NCBI GenBank assembly: GCA_963815115.1
Contig: CAWFFN010000012.1
Span: forward strand, 160,001 to 224,000
Length of the DNA stretch: 64,000 nucleotides
Direction of reading: 5' to 3'
DNA from: an uncultured delta proteobacterium
GTDB taxonomy: Bacteria > Desulfobacterota > Binatia > DP-6
In this document: positions 27,074-36,572 of the stretch, piece by piece
How the letters are laid out: each line of letters starts with the position of its first letter
Numbering within the stretch: the stretch's first letter is position 1
The notes under the pieces: generated by a model
What the model was told of the DNA's origin: nothing
The model's database searches: none
The model's input: only the letters and a program-made list of their open reading frames with translations
Made by a program: the position numbers and the translations under genes

Positions 27074-30000
27074 ATGGAATCATCCCGCTCCATGGCGTCA
27101 CCGTCCGACGGACAAGGCGGAGGAGCCCGCGTCTTCGTCGGACGCGAGCGAGAGATCGCCGAGCTCGAAGCGCACCTGGCTGCCGCCGAGACGGGTCGCG
27201 GCGGGGTCGTGTTGCTCGGCGGGGAGCCGGGAATCGGCAAGACGCGTCTCCTCGACGAGCTCGGCGTGCGCGCCCGCGCCCGCGGGGTGCTCCCGCTCTG
27301 GGGCCGGTGCTGGGAGGAAGGCGGGGCGCCGGCATACTGGCCGTGGGTGCAGATGCTGCGCGCCGGTCTGCGGCACGACGACCCGGCGCACGTCGCGGCC
27401 ACGATCGGGAGCCAGGCGGTGCTCCTCGGAACGCTGGTTCCCGAGCTGCGAGCCGGCGCCCCGGCGGCGCGCGCCGCCCTGCCCGCGGCAGGGGTCGAGT
27501 CCGAGCAGCGGCGCTTCGCACTGTTCGACGCCGTCGCCTCCTTCTTCCGCGCCATCGCGGGTCGCAAGCGGGTGCTGGTCCTGCTCGACGACGTGCACGC
27601 CGCCGACGGCCCGTCGCTCAGGCTGCTCGCCTTTCTCGCCCGCGAGCTGCACGACGCCGCCGTGCTGGTCGTCGGCGCGCATCGGCTGGTGGGGTCACGC
27701 GCCTCGCCGATCCTGACGGAGACCCTGGCGGAGACCGCGCGCGAGGGCGCCGCGGTTCAGCTCGGCGGTCTTCCCGAACGCGACGTCGCGCGCTTCATCG
27801 AGGTCCGGGCCGGCGTCCGTCCGGCTTCCGGGATGGTCGCCGACCTCTGCCGCCAGACCGGTGGCAACCCGTTCTTCCTGGACGAGGTCGTACGCCTGCT
27901 GATCGCGGACGGCCGGCTCACGAGGGCCGGTGGTCTCACCGGCGCACGGCTCGGCGTACCTGTCCGCGTTCGCGACACCATCGAGCGCCGGCTCGAGCCC
28001 CTGTCGGCCGAGTGTCGCGCGCTGCTCTGCGCCGCCGCCGTGGTCGGGCACGAGTTCTCCTTGCAGCAGCTGACCACGATCACGTGCACGGCGCCCGCCG
28101 CCGCGCTCGGCCTGCTCGACGAGGCGCTGGCGGCCGGCATCGTCGGGCGTTCAGCGTCGGGCCGCGCCTTCCGCTTCGTTCACATCCTCTTCCGGGAGTT
28201 CCTCTACGAGAGCTTGCCGGACACCGAGCGCTCCGCTCTGCACGGTCGCTTCGGGAGTTTTCTCGAGCACCAGACCGGTACGCGTGCCGCGCCCGTCCTC
28301 GCGGAGCTGGCGCACCACTTCCTCGAGGCGGTGGAGGGGGGCGGCGACGTCGAGCGAGCGGTCCTCTATGCGCGCCGCGCGGCGGCGGAGGCGATGAGCC
28401 GTCTGGCCTACGAGGAGGCCGTGGGCCTCTGCGAGCGCGCCCTCGAAGCGCTCGCGCTCGGGACCTCGCCCGATGGCTCGACGCGCGCGGACCTGCTGAT
28501 CGACCTCGGCGAGGCGCACCACCGAACCGGTGCGCTCCGAGCGGCGCGCAGCGCGTTCCGGGATGCCGCCGAGATCGCTCGCCACGCAGAGCCGGGGCGC
28601 TCGGGGCGTCTCCTCGCCCGTGCGGCGCTCGGATTCTCGGGGTTGGGACCCGAGGTCGGCCGGGTGGACGGCACCGCCGTGGCACTTCTCGAGGATGCGC
28701 TCGCGACCCTCGATCCGTCCGCCAGCGCGCTCCGCGCCCGGCTCCTTGCCCGGCTCGCGAGCGAGCTGACCTATGCCGCCGGCGACACGCGCCGCTACCA
28801 GCTGAGCGAGCAAGCCGTCGCCATGGCCGAGAGCGCCGGCGACCCGGCCACGCTCGGCTACACGCTGACGCAGCGGCTCGTCGTCTTGATGGAGCCGGGC
28901 CACGTCGAGGAGCGACGGACGCTGGCGTCGGCGATCCTGTCCCTGGGCCAGCGCACGGGCGACCGGGAAATGGCCGCGGAGGGACGGGGCTGGCGACTCA
29001 CCGCGCAGCTCGAGCGCGGCGATCTGGCGGGCGTCGATCAGGACCTCGACGCGCTCAACCAGCTGGCGGAGGAGACCCGCCATCCGCACTACCGCTGGCT
29101 GGCGGCGATGTTCCGGGCCATGCGCGCGCTGCTCGCCGCGCACTTCGAGGACGCCGAGCGGCTCGCGGCCGACGCGCTGGCGATCGGCGAACGCGTGGGG
29201 GACCCGAACGCGCCGGTGGCGTACGGCTCGCAGCTCTACGTCCTGCGCTGGGGACAGGGGCGGCTCGCCGAGCTCGAGCCTCTCATGGCGGGCTTCGTCG
29301 CCCAGCACGCCTCGGCACCGGTGTGGGAGAGCGCCACGGCGCTGATGCACGCGCTGCTGGGACGCCCGAGCGATGCGCGCCCCCGCTTCGAATCCGCGTG
29401 CGACGAGTTCGTGTTCCTGCCACGCGACGTGACCTGGCTGCCTCATCTCGGCCTCCTCGGCGAGGCCTGTGCGATGCTCGGCGACTCGAAGCGCGCCGCC
29501 GTGCTTCATCCCCTGCTGGCGCCCTTCGCGGATCTGACCCTCATCGCGGGGCCGGGAGGGGCGTCGTTCGGGGGAGCGGCGCGCATCGTCGGCCTCCTCT
29601 CGGCCACTCTCGGACGTCAGGACGAGGCGATCGCACACCTCGACCACGCCGTCGAGGTGAACGAGCGGGCCGGCGCGCTCGCCTGGCTCACCCAGTCGCT
29701 GCACGATCGTGCCGCGGCGCTGCTGGCGCGTGACGGCCCCCGGGATCGCGAGTCGGCGGCGGTCTCTCTCGCGCGGGCGCGAGCGCTCGCGCTGCGGCTC
29801 GGCATGCAGGGGATCGCAAAGGCAGCGGACGTGCTCGCACGCCGGCTCGACGAGGACGAGCCGGCGCCGGACAGCGCCTCCTCGCGCCAGGTCCTGCGCC
29901 GCGAGGGAGATCACTGGACCGTGGTCTACGAGGGCCGGGCGTGCCGGCTGCGCGATTCCAAGGGCATGCATCTCCTGGTGCACCTGCTGCGCCACCCCGG

Positions 30001-30250
30001 GCAGGAATTGCACGCCGCCTCGCTGGTCGCGGCAGCGAGCGGGGTGCCGCTCCAGGTCGCGATCGCGGACCTCGACCAGGCGGCATCGGAGCGGGCCCGG
30101 GTGAGCGTGACGCGAGCCGTGCACGGTCTCCTCGACCGGATCGCCATCACGCATCCCGCGCTCGGCGAGCACCTCGCCCGGACGGTGCGGACGGGGACGG
30201 TGTGCTCCTACGCTCCCGATCCGCGTCTCCCGAGCATCTGGGAGTCGTGA
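27074..30250 (+). CDS. Paralogous STAND/AAA_16 ATPase-TPR regulator-like protein
   Basis: Same motifs (GEPGIGKT, LLDDVH, GGNPFF, ERARVSVTRA, VRTGTVCSY). Confidence 0.88.
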   Translation: MESSRSMASPSDGQGGGARVFVGREREIAELEAHLAAAETGRGGVVLLGGEPGIGKTRLLDELGVRARARGVLPLWGRCWEEGGAPAYWPWVQMLRAGLRHDDPAHVAATIGSQAVLLGTLVPELRAGAPAARAALPAAGVESEQRRFALFDAVASFFRAIAGRKRVLVLLDDVHAADGPSLRLLAFLARELHDAAVLVVGAHRLVGSRASPILTETLAETAREGAAVQLGGLPERDVARFIEVRAGVRPASGMVADLCRQTGGNPFFLDEVVRLLIADGRLTRAGGLTGARLGVPVRVRDTIERRLEPLSAECRALLCAAAVVGHEFSLQQLTTITCTAPAAALGLLDEALAAGIVGRSASGRAFRFVHILFREFLYESLPDTERSALHGRFGSFLEHQTGTRAAPVLAELAHHFLEAVEGGGDVERAVLYARRAAAEAMSRLAYEEAVGLCERALEALALGTSPDGSTRADLLIDLGEAHHRTGALRAARSAFRDAAEIARHAEPGRSGRLLARAALGFSGLGPEVGRVDGTAVALLEDALATLDPSASALRARLLARLASELTYAAGDTRRYQLSEQAVAMAESAGDPATLGYTLTQRLVVLMEPGHVEERRTLASAILSLGQRTGDREMAAEGRGWRLTAQLERGDLAGVDQDLDALNQLAEETRHPHYRWLAAMFRAMRALLAAHFEDAERLAADALAIGERVGDPNAPVAYGSQLYVLRWGQGRLAELEPLMAGFVAQHASAPVWESATALMHALLGRPSDARPRFESACDEFVFLPRDVTWLPHLGLLGEACAMLGDSKRAAVLHPLLAPFADLTLIAGPGGASFGGAARIVGLLSATLGRQDEAIAHLDHAVEVNERAGALAWLTQSLHDRAAALLARDGPRDRESAAVSLARARALALRLGMQGIAKAADVLARRLDEDEPAPDSASSRQVLRREGDHWTVVYEGRACRLRDSKGMHLLVHLLRHPGQELHAASLVAAASGVPLQVAIADLDQAASERARVSVTRAVHGLLDRIAITHPALGEHLARTVRTGTVCSYAPDPRLPSIWES

Positions 30251-30256
30251 GCTGCT

Positions 30257-31870
30257 TCAGGCGCGCAAGCGCTGGCGCAGCAGGTCCTTGCGCACCTTGC
30301 CGGTGGCGTTGCGCGGCAGTTCGGCCATGACCTCGAGCTGTTCGGGGACCTTCTGACGCATCACCCCGCGTCCCTCCATGAAGGCACGCACCTCGGCGAG
30401 GGAGAGGTCGCCCGCACCGGATGCCAGGACGACGCAGGCGCATACACGCTCGCCCGTGGACGCGTCGGGGATGCCCACCACCGAGACGTCGGCGATCTTC
30501 GGGTGCGCCGCCAGCTCGTCCTCGATACCCTTGGCAGAGAGGTTCTCGCCTTTCCGGATGATGACGTCCTTGCGCCGTCCCGTGATGCGCAGGTGACCGT
30601 CGGCGTCCGCCACGGCGAGATCGCCGGTGCGCAAGAAGCCGTCGGCGGTGAAGGCGTCGTTCAGTACCGCGTCCAGGTAGCCGACGGAGAGCTGCGGACC
30701 GTAGGCTTCGATCTCGCCCTCGACCCCCGGACCGACCGGGCGTCCCGACTCGTCGACGAGCCGGGCAATGGCTCCGGGAACGGGCCGGCCGTCGGTGCCG
30801 TCGAGCTTCTCCTCCGGATCTCCGTGGCGTCCCGAGCTGAACATCGGACACTCGGTCATGCCGTACGAGCGGAACGCAAAGGCGGCCAGATGTCGCCGCA
30901 CCCGGTGCATCAGCTCGGGTGAGACATCGGCAGCACCCGAGCCGCTGCTGCGGACCGACCGGACCTTCTCGGGAGACCAGTTCCTCGCAGCGAACATGCC
31001 CTGCAGGATGGCCGGGGGACCGCCTGCCGAGGTCACGCGATGGCGCTCGATGAGGTCGAGCGCCAGCTCCGGGTCGTAGGTCTCCATCAGGACGACGCTG
31101 GCGCCCGTGCGCAGGGGGAGCATCACGAACATCACGATGCCGCCGATGTGCGTGAGCGGAAACTGGAGCAGGCTCACGTCGTCGGGCGAGGGGGGAAACA
31201 GCCGGGTGTGGTAGTGCAGCACCGCGCCGAGGGTGGAGGGCGTGTGCAGGACGCCCTTCGGGTCTGCCGTCGTCCCCGAGGTGTAGAAGATCGCGGAGAC
31301 GTCGTGCGCTCCATGGGGCGACGGCGGCAGGGGCTCGGGGGGGTCGTCCTCGAGCGATTCGAGGGCATGCTGGCCGGGCGCCGGCTCGGCGCGAACCGTG
31401 ACCACGTGCTCGAGCGAGGCGGTGGCCGCCTGGACGGCCCGGGCGAGCTCGCGATGATCAAAACCCCGCACGGTTCCCGGGACGACGAGCACCCGGGAGC
31501 CGGCCTGGTGGCATGCGAACCCGACCTCGCGCTCGCGGTAGATCGTGATGATCGGGTTCGAGATGGCACCGAGTCGATCGATGGCGGCAGCCAGGGCCGC
31601 CGACTCCATCCAGTTCGGCAGCTGCCAGGACACGACGTCGCCCTGCCGCACGCCGAGACGCGCCAGAGCGACGGCCATGCGCTGCGAACGCGCGTCCACG
31701 TCCCGGAAGGAGAAGCGCCGGCCCCCGTCGCGCAGGCCCTCGACGAGATAGGTCCGGTCAGGATCGGTCCCCGCGCGCCTCCCGAGGAGGGTCGAGAGGC
31801 TCGGCTGCGGCCACTCGCCGCTGGCCTCGTGCCGGGCTCGACGCTCGTCGGGAGGCCGGGTAGGGCGCAT
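30257..31870 (-). CDS. Acyl-CoA synthetase (cyclohexanecarboxylate-CoA ligase-like)
   Basis: YTSGTTADPKG, YGMTE, RTGDL, RKGENLS and GKVRK motifs. Confidence 0.9.
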   Translation of the reverse strand: MRPTRPPDERRARHEASGEWPQPSLSTLLGRRAGTDPDRTYLVEGLRDGGRRFSFRDVDARSQRMAVALARLGVRQGDVVSWQLPNWMESAALAAAIDRLGAISNPIITIYREREVGFACHQAGSRVLVVPGTVRGFDHRELARAVQAATASLEHVVTVRAEPAPGQHALESLEDDPPEPLPPSPHGAHDVSAIFYTSGTTADPKGVLHTPSTLGAVLHYHTRLFPPSPDDVSLLQFPLTHIGGIVMFVMLPLRTGASVVLMETYDPELALDLIERHRVTSAGGPPAILQGMFAARNWSPEKVRSVRSSGSGAADVSPELMHRVRRHLAAFAFRSYGMTECPMFSSGRHGDPEEKLDGTDGRPVPGAIARLVDESGRPVGPGVEGEIEAYGPQLSVGYLDAVLNDAFTADGFLRTGDLAVADADGHLRITGRRKDVIIRKGENLSAKGIEDELAAHPKIADVSVVGIPDASTGERVCACVVLASGAGDLSLAEVRAFMEGRGVMRQKVPEQLEVMAELPRNATGKVRKDLLRQRLRA

Positions 31871-31967
31871 CCGGCTCGCGTACCGGATCTGCAGGCCCGA
31901 CGTCCACGAACGCCGAGGTCGGGGCGAGGAACGGTTGTACGGTCCGAGTTCACGCCTGCACCGCGTC

Positions 31968-32180
31968 ATGCGAATCCCCCGCCCCCGGACGCGTCTCTCG
32001 GTGATCGGGACCTGCCGCCAGTGCGGGGTGCGCTTCGGCTCCCGGCCCGAGTTCAGGAGCGACACGATCGCGTCCTTCCACGCCCACGAATGCGTGTGCC
32101 CGGGCGGTAGCCGTAGCCTCGACGTAGTGATTCCACTCGGCCCGGTTAGAGAGATCCGGGTCGTCCGGGGCTCTGCGTGA
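31968..32180 (+). CDS. Possible small Zn-binding protein (70 aa)
   Basis: CRQC...HECVC; fills an otherwise empty gap and is followed by a strong hairpin. Confidence 0.45.
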   Translation: MRIPRPRTRLSVIGTCRQCGVRFGSRPEFRSDTIASFHAHECVCPGGSRSLDVVIPLGPVREIRVVRGSA

Positions 32181-32192
32181 GTCCCCAAGCGC

Positions 32193-32233
32193 TCGGCCCG
32201 CCGCTCGGATCCCCCTCCTGAGCGGCGGGCCGA
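32193..32233. terminator. Strong hairpin between convergent ORFs
   Basis: 14-bp stem TCGGCCCGCCGCTC/GAGCGGCGGGCCGA; no U-tract. Confidence 0.55.
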
Positions 32234-32306
32234 CGCGCTCCAAGCAGGTTTGGACGGTGGTCCCCGGGCTGGAGCGGCGGGGAGCCGCCCCTCCCCCGGC
32301 AGGTAC

Positions 32307-34961
32307 CTACGATCCGGGCCCGAGGCGTAACGGCCGGGTGCCCGTGACGTCCCAGCCGCCCTGCAGCTCGATGTACGCCTGGTCGACGCCGTCGCGTGGC
32401 AGGCAGCCCGCCCGCGTGCGCACCAGCGGAGCCATCTCGGCGACCGGAAGGGTGGTGACCGCCGGCGCCGGCAGTGGCGCGGTGGCCGCTCCGTCCTGCC
32501 CGGGATCGGCCAGGCCCGCCGAGACGTTGCCGGCCGTGAACACGGGGCCCGACTGCATGAGGCGGAGCGCCGAGTTGGCCTTGCCGCCGACCGAGCGCGC
32601 GTAGGTCCCGAGGGTGAAGAGCGAGTTGACCATGTTGCCGCTCGAGTCCTCCTCGAAGCGCACTGCCCACATGGTCCAGTCGTCGACCACGAGGTTGCGC
32701 ACGTCGGCCATGACCTTGCCCGAGACCATGGGCCCGCGTGACCACTGCTTCTGCACCCAGGTGTGATGGATGGAGACGTCGGTGGTGTCCGCGTACTTGA
32801 GGAACAGCGAGCGCGTGTTGCCGGCGAGGAAGCAGTACTGCACGGTCACGTCGTGCGCGCCGTAGCCGATCGAGATGCCGTCGTCCCCGGAGCCGGTCGA
32901 CGACACGTGGCTGAAGACGATGTTGTAGGCGGTCGGGTCCTGCGCCCGCAGGTTGTCGGAGCCGTCTCGCAGGTGGATGTTGCGGACGATGACGTCGTGG
33001 CCGCGGACGTCGATCAGGTTGGCGAGCGCGCCGCTCGGCACGAACAGCGTTGCGCCGTTGCCCTCCACCGTGACGAAGCTGCCGTCGAGTCGCGGCAGCG
33101 AGCCGGTGATCGCGATCGGGAGCGTGGTCAGGAAGCGGATGATCGCATGCCCGCTCGAGGCCGCGTCGAAGGCCGCGCGGACCGCCGCCTCGGTGGGCTC
33201 GGTGACGCGCAGCTCGCGGCCTCCGGCTCCTCCCGGCGTCGACGAACCGAAGCCCTCGAACGCGTCGCGGTCGTTGTCGCTCGGCCCGCCCGGAGGCGGC
33301 GGCACCCCGCCGTCGCCCACGGTGATCGTCACCTGCGCGCTGGCGCTCGCCGTGCCCGTGCTGACGGTGACCCGCGCGACGTAGACCCCGGCCTTCTCGT
33401 AGACGTGCTCGATGACGGCGCCCGTCTCCGGCACGTCGCCCGGAGGCGGCAGCATCGGCGTCGGCGACGGAATCTCGCAGCCGCCGTCGGTGAGCTTCTT
33501 CAGTGCCTTGGCGAGGTTGTTGGTGGTGCCGTTGTCTGCCGGGAGGTCGGGGAAGCCACCGGCCACGGCCTGGGCGATCGACTCGCGTGACCACTGCAGC
33601 GCGGCCGCATACCGCGCGCAGCCCGTGACGTCGTCCACGTCGTGGAAGAGGTAGATGCCGCCGAGGTCGTGCGCGATCTTCTGCAGGTACCAGCGCGCGA
33701 CCCGATCGATGCGATTCGTGCCCTTGGTGGTGATCGGTCCGGGCTGCTCGATCACGGTCAGGGGCACGAGGGCGAGAGCCACCGTCATGTAGTCCTGGAC
33801 GGCGGCCTCGAAGTGGCCGTCGTCGCGCTCCGCCTTCGCGCTGGTATAGCCGTCACGCCCGGCCTCGAGCGCCGCGCCGGGGTCGCCTCCCGGTGCGGGG
33901 GCGGGGCTCGGCGTGCCGTCGCCGAAGTCCCAGGCGAAGGTCAGCGACTGTCCCTTGGGCCCGCTCGACGCACTCGCGTCGAACGTGACGTCGAGCGGCG
34001 GAGGGCCGCCGAGCGTCGATGCCATGAGCTTCGCGGTGACCTTCCCCGGCGGTGGTGGCGGCGGCGGAGGTGGAGGTGGAGGTGGAGGAGGAGGAGGTGG
34101 TGGTGGCGGCTCCGGATCGAGCTCGCCGTCCGTCAGCGCGGGGCCGGCGGGTCCGGAGCCCGGATCGTCGGGAGCCCAGCTGCGGTGCTCATCCCATCCG
34201 CTTCCGCTGTTGCCATAGGCGCGCGAGCGCGCGTTGCCGTCCGCGAGGATCAGGTCGGCATGTCCGTCGCCGTCGACGTCGCCGATCCCCGGAGCGATGC
34301 GAGCGCTCCACGTGGGGCCATCCCACGCCTCGGCGCGGGTGAAGGGCGTCCCTCCGTCGCCGGTCCCGGTGAAGGCGAGCACCGTGCCTTCGTCCGTACC
34401 GACGACGAGATCGGTCCGGCCGTCGTCGTCGATATCGCCGAGCGCCGGACGCGCCTGGCGCGCGCCCGTCGACACGTTCCATCCCTTGCGGGCACGCCAC
34501 GCCGGCACGCGGCGGCTGCCGACGTTCTCGAAGGCGGTGATGCCGCCGTCGGCGTCCCCCACCAGGAGGTCGGCGTCGCCGTCACCGTCGACGTCGCCCA
34601 GCGCGGGCGCGCCGCCGTCCTTGACCGGCGGATCCCAGTCGGTACGACGCTCCCAGCGCGGCACCTCGGTGGTTCCCGCATTGCGAAACGCGAGCACGTC
34701 GTGCCCGTTCTCGCCCACCAGCGCATCGGCGACGCCGTCGCCGTCGAGATCGGCGATCGCCGGCAACGCGTACCCGGCGACGTCGGGCAGATCGGCGGAC
34801 GGCACCCGCATCCAGGGCAAGCGTCCGGCGCGCGTCGTGAGCGCGGCGCTCCCACCTCCGGGCAGCCCGAGCCACAGGATCGCTGCGTGCGCGCTCGTCG
34901 CCGCGGCGACGAGAAGCACGAGCCCGGCTCCGGCTGCCACGGTCCTCCCGTGGCGTGTCAT
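32307..34961 (-). CDS. Secreted FG-GAP repeat / poly-Pro / PKD (interrupted) / pectate-lyase-like beta-helix protein
   Basis: Signal peptide ending AHA; four PAxxDxDxDGxxD repeats; WDFGDG; PL1-like AFEGFG...GGAGG...VT start, HDVIVRNIHLR and GDDGISI. Confidence 0.85.
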   Translation of the reverse strand: MTRHGRTVAAGAGLVLLVAAATSAHAAILWLGLPGGGSAALTTRAGRLPWMRVPSADLPDVAGYALPAIADLDGDGVADALVGENGHDVLAFRNAGTTEVPRWERRTDWDPPVKDGGAPALGDVDGDGDADLLVGDADGGITAFENVGSRRVPAWRARKGWNVSTGARQARPALGDIDDDGRTDLVVGTDEGTVLAFTGTGDGGTPFTRAEAWDGPTWSARIAPGIGDVDGDGHADLILADGNARSRAYGNSGSGWDEHRSWAPDDPGSGPAGPALTDGELDPEPPPPPPPPPPPPPPPPPPPPPGKVTAKLMASTLGGPPPLDVTFDASASSGPKGQSLTFAWDFGDGTPSPAPAPGGDPGAALEAGRDGYTSAKAERDDGHFEAAVQDYMTVALALVPLTVIEQPGPITTKGTNRIDRVARWYLQKIAHDLGGIYLFHDVDDVTGCARYAAALQWSRESIAQAVAGGFPDLPADNGTTNNLAKALKKLTDGGCEIPSPTPMLPPPGDVPETGAVIEHVYEKAGVYVARVTVSTGTASASAQVTITVGDGGVPPPPGGPSDNDRDAFEGFGSSTPGGAGGRELRVTEPTEAAVRAAFDAASSGHAIIRFLTTLPIAITGSLPRLDGSFVTVEGNGATLFVPSGALANLIDVRGHDVIVRNIHLRDGSDNLRAQDPTAYNIVFSHVSSTGSGDDGISIGYGAHDVTVQYCFLAGNTRSLFLKYADTTDVSIHHTWVQKQWSRGPMVSGKVMADVRNLVVDDWTMWAVRFEEDSSGNMVNSLFTLGTYARSVGGKANSALRLMQSGPVFTAGNVSAGLADPGQDGAATAPLPAPAVTTLPVAEMAPLVRTRAGCLPRDGVDQAYIELQGGWDVTGTRPLRLGPGS
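34047..34109 (-). repeat. Run of 21 Pro codons
   Basis: (NGG)21 on the + strand, mixed CCG/CCA/CCT codons. Confidence 0.9.
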
Positions 34962-35099
34962 CGGTGCGGCGCACGATGCACGCTTGGTAGCAAAGCTGCA
35001 ATCGGACGAAGGTCGCAGGGAGCGCGCGACTGTCGACACGCGAGCGACGTCCGTACTATTGAAGTTCTGGTTACAGGACACTCGGGAGGGCGACACGTG

Positions 35100-36566
35100 A
35101 TGGCGGCCAGCAGCAGGATGCTAATCGACGGCGAGTGGGTGAACGCATCGAACGGCGCGACCTACACAGTGCTGAATCCGGCGACCGAGGAGTCAGTCGG
35201 TCGCGCGCCCGACGCGACCGTGGACGACATGCGCCGCGCGATCGCGGCGGCCCGCCGGGCCTTCGACGACGGCCCGTGGCCGCGCTCGTCACGCGACGAG
35301 CGCGCCCGCGCGCTGCTGCGCATCGCCGACGCGATGGAGCGCCGCAAGGAGGAGATGCGCCAGCTGCTGATCGCCGAGGCCGGTGCCACCTGGGTGACGC
35401 ACACGATGCAGGTGGAGACGCCCGTCGAGCACCTGCGTCACTGGGCGGAGATGGCGCGCTCCTTCGACTTCGAGGTGCCGCTGCCCGCGCGTGCCAGCCA
35501 GGGACCGATGGGGCCACAGATGAACTGCGGCGTGGTCTACCGCCAGCCGGTCGGCGTGTGCGCCATGATCCCGACGTGGAACTTTCCCGTCTACGTCAGC
35601 GTGCAGAAGCTCGGTCCGGCGCTGGCGACGGGCTGCACCATGGTCTTCAAGCCCTCGCCCTGGGGTCCCCTCATCAACCTCTTCCTGGCCGAGCTGGTCG
35701 CCGAGGCCGATGTCCCGCCCGGGGTGGTCAACTTCGTCACCGGCCAGGGCAACGACATCGCCGAGGCCCTGGTGAGCGATCCGCGCGTGGACAAGGTGAG
35801 CTTCACCGGCAGCGTCGCCACCGGCCGCAGGATCATCCAGGCATCGGCGGGGAACCTGAAGCGCGTCTTCCTCGAGCTGGGCGGCAAGTCGGTCGGCATC
35901 TATCTCGACAGCGACGGCATCGAGATGAACGCCATGATCGCGTCGGGACCGGCGATGTTCCACGCCGGACAGGGCTGCGCCATGGCGACGCGCGTGCTCG
36001 TGCAGCAGGACGTGCACGATCGCTTCGTCGAGAACATGGTCGGCTTCGTGAACGGCATGGTGAAGATCGGCGATCCGGCCGATCCCGCGACCATGCTCGG
36101 CCCCGTCATCCGCGAGGAGCGGCGGCAGAAGATCGAGGAGTACATCGCGGCCGGGAAGGCGGAGGGTGCGACGCTCGCCGCGGGTGGCGGTCGTCCCAAG
36201 GACATGCCGCGCGGCTACTTCCTCGAGCCCACGATCTTCTGCGACGTGCGCAACGACGCCCGCATCGCGCGGGAAGAGATCTTCGGTCCCGTCGTGTCGG
36301 TGATCCCCTTCAAGGACGAGGACGAGGCGGTGCGCATCGCGAACGACTCGAGCTACGGGCTGGGCGGCGCGATCTACGCCCGCGACACCGCGCGAGCCGT
36401 CGAGCTGGCGAAGCGCATTCGCACCGGCGTGGTGTGGATCAACAACGGCATCAACATGTTCGACGGACCGTTCGGCGGGTTCAAGGAGAGCGGGATCGGC
36501 CGCGAGGGCGGTCGCTGGGGGATGGAGGAGCACACCGAGGTGCAGCAGATCACGTGGAGGGCGTGA
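35100..36566 (+). CDS. Aldehyde dehydrogenase
   Basis: PTWNFP, FTGS, LELGGKS, catalytic GQGC, EEIFGPV and PFGGFKESG motifs. Confidence 0.95.
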   Translation: MAASSRMLIDGEWVNASNGATYTVLNPATEESVGRAPDATVDDMRRAIAAARRAFDDGPWPRSSRDERARALLRIADAMERRKEEMRQLLIAEAGATWVTHTMQVETPVEHLRHWAEMARSFDFEVPLPARASQGPMGPQMNCGVVYRQPVGVCAMIPTWNFPVYVSVQKLGPALATGCTMVFKPSPWGPLINLFLAELVAEADVPPGVVNFVTGQGNDIAEALVSDPRVDKVSFTGSVATGRRIIQASAGNLKRVFLELGGKSVGIYLDSDGIEMNAMIASGPAMFHAGQGCAMATRVLVQQDVHDRFVENMVGFVNGMVKIGDPADPATMLGPVIREERRQKIEEYIAAGKAEGATLAAGGGRPKDMPRGYFLEPTIFCDVRNDARIAREEIFGPVVSVIPFKDEDEAVRIANDSSYGLGGAIYARDTARAVELAKRIRTGVVWINNGINMFDGPFGGFKESGIGREGGRWGMEEHTEVQQITWRA

Positions 36567-36572
36567 GGGAGA

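Noticed and set aside
33426-33911. Possible intein within the PKD domain
   Set aside because: No N-terminal Cys/Ser block or C-terminal HN-C/S/T motif
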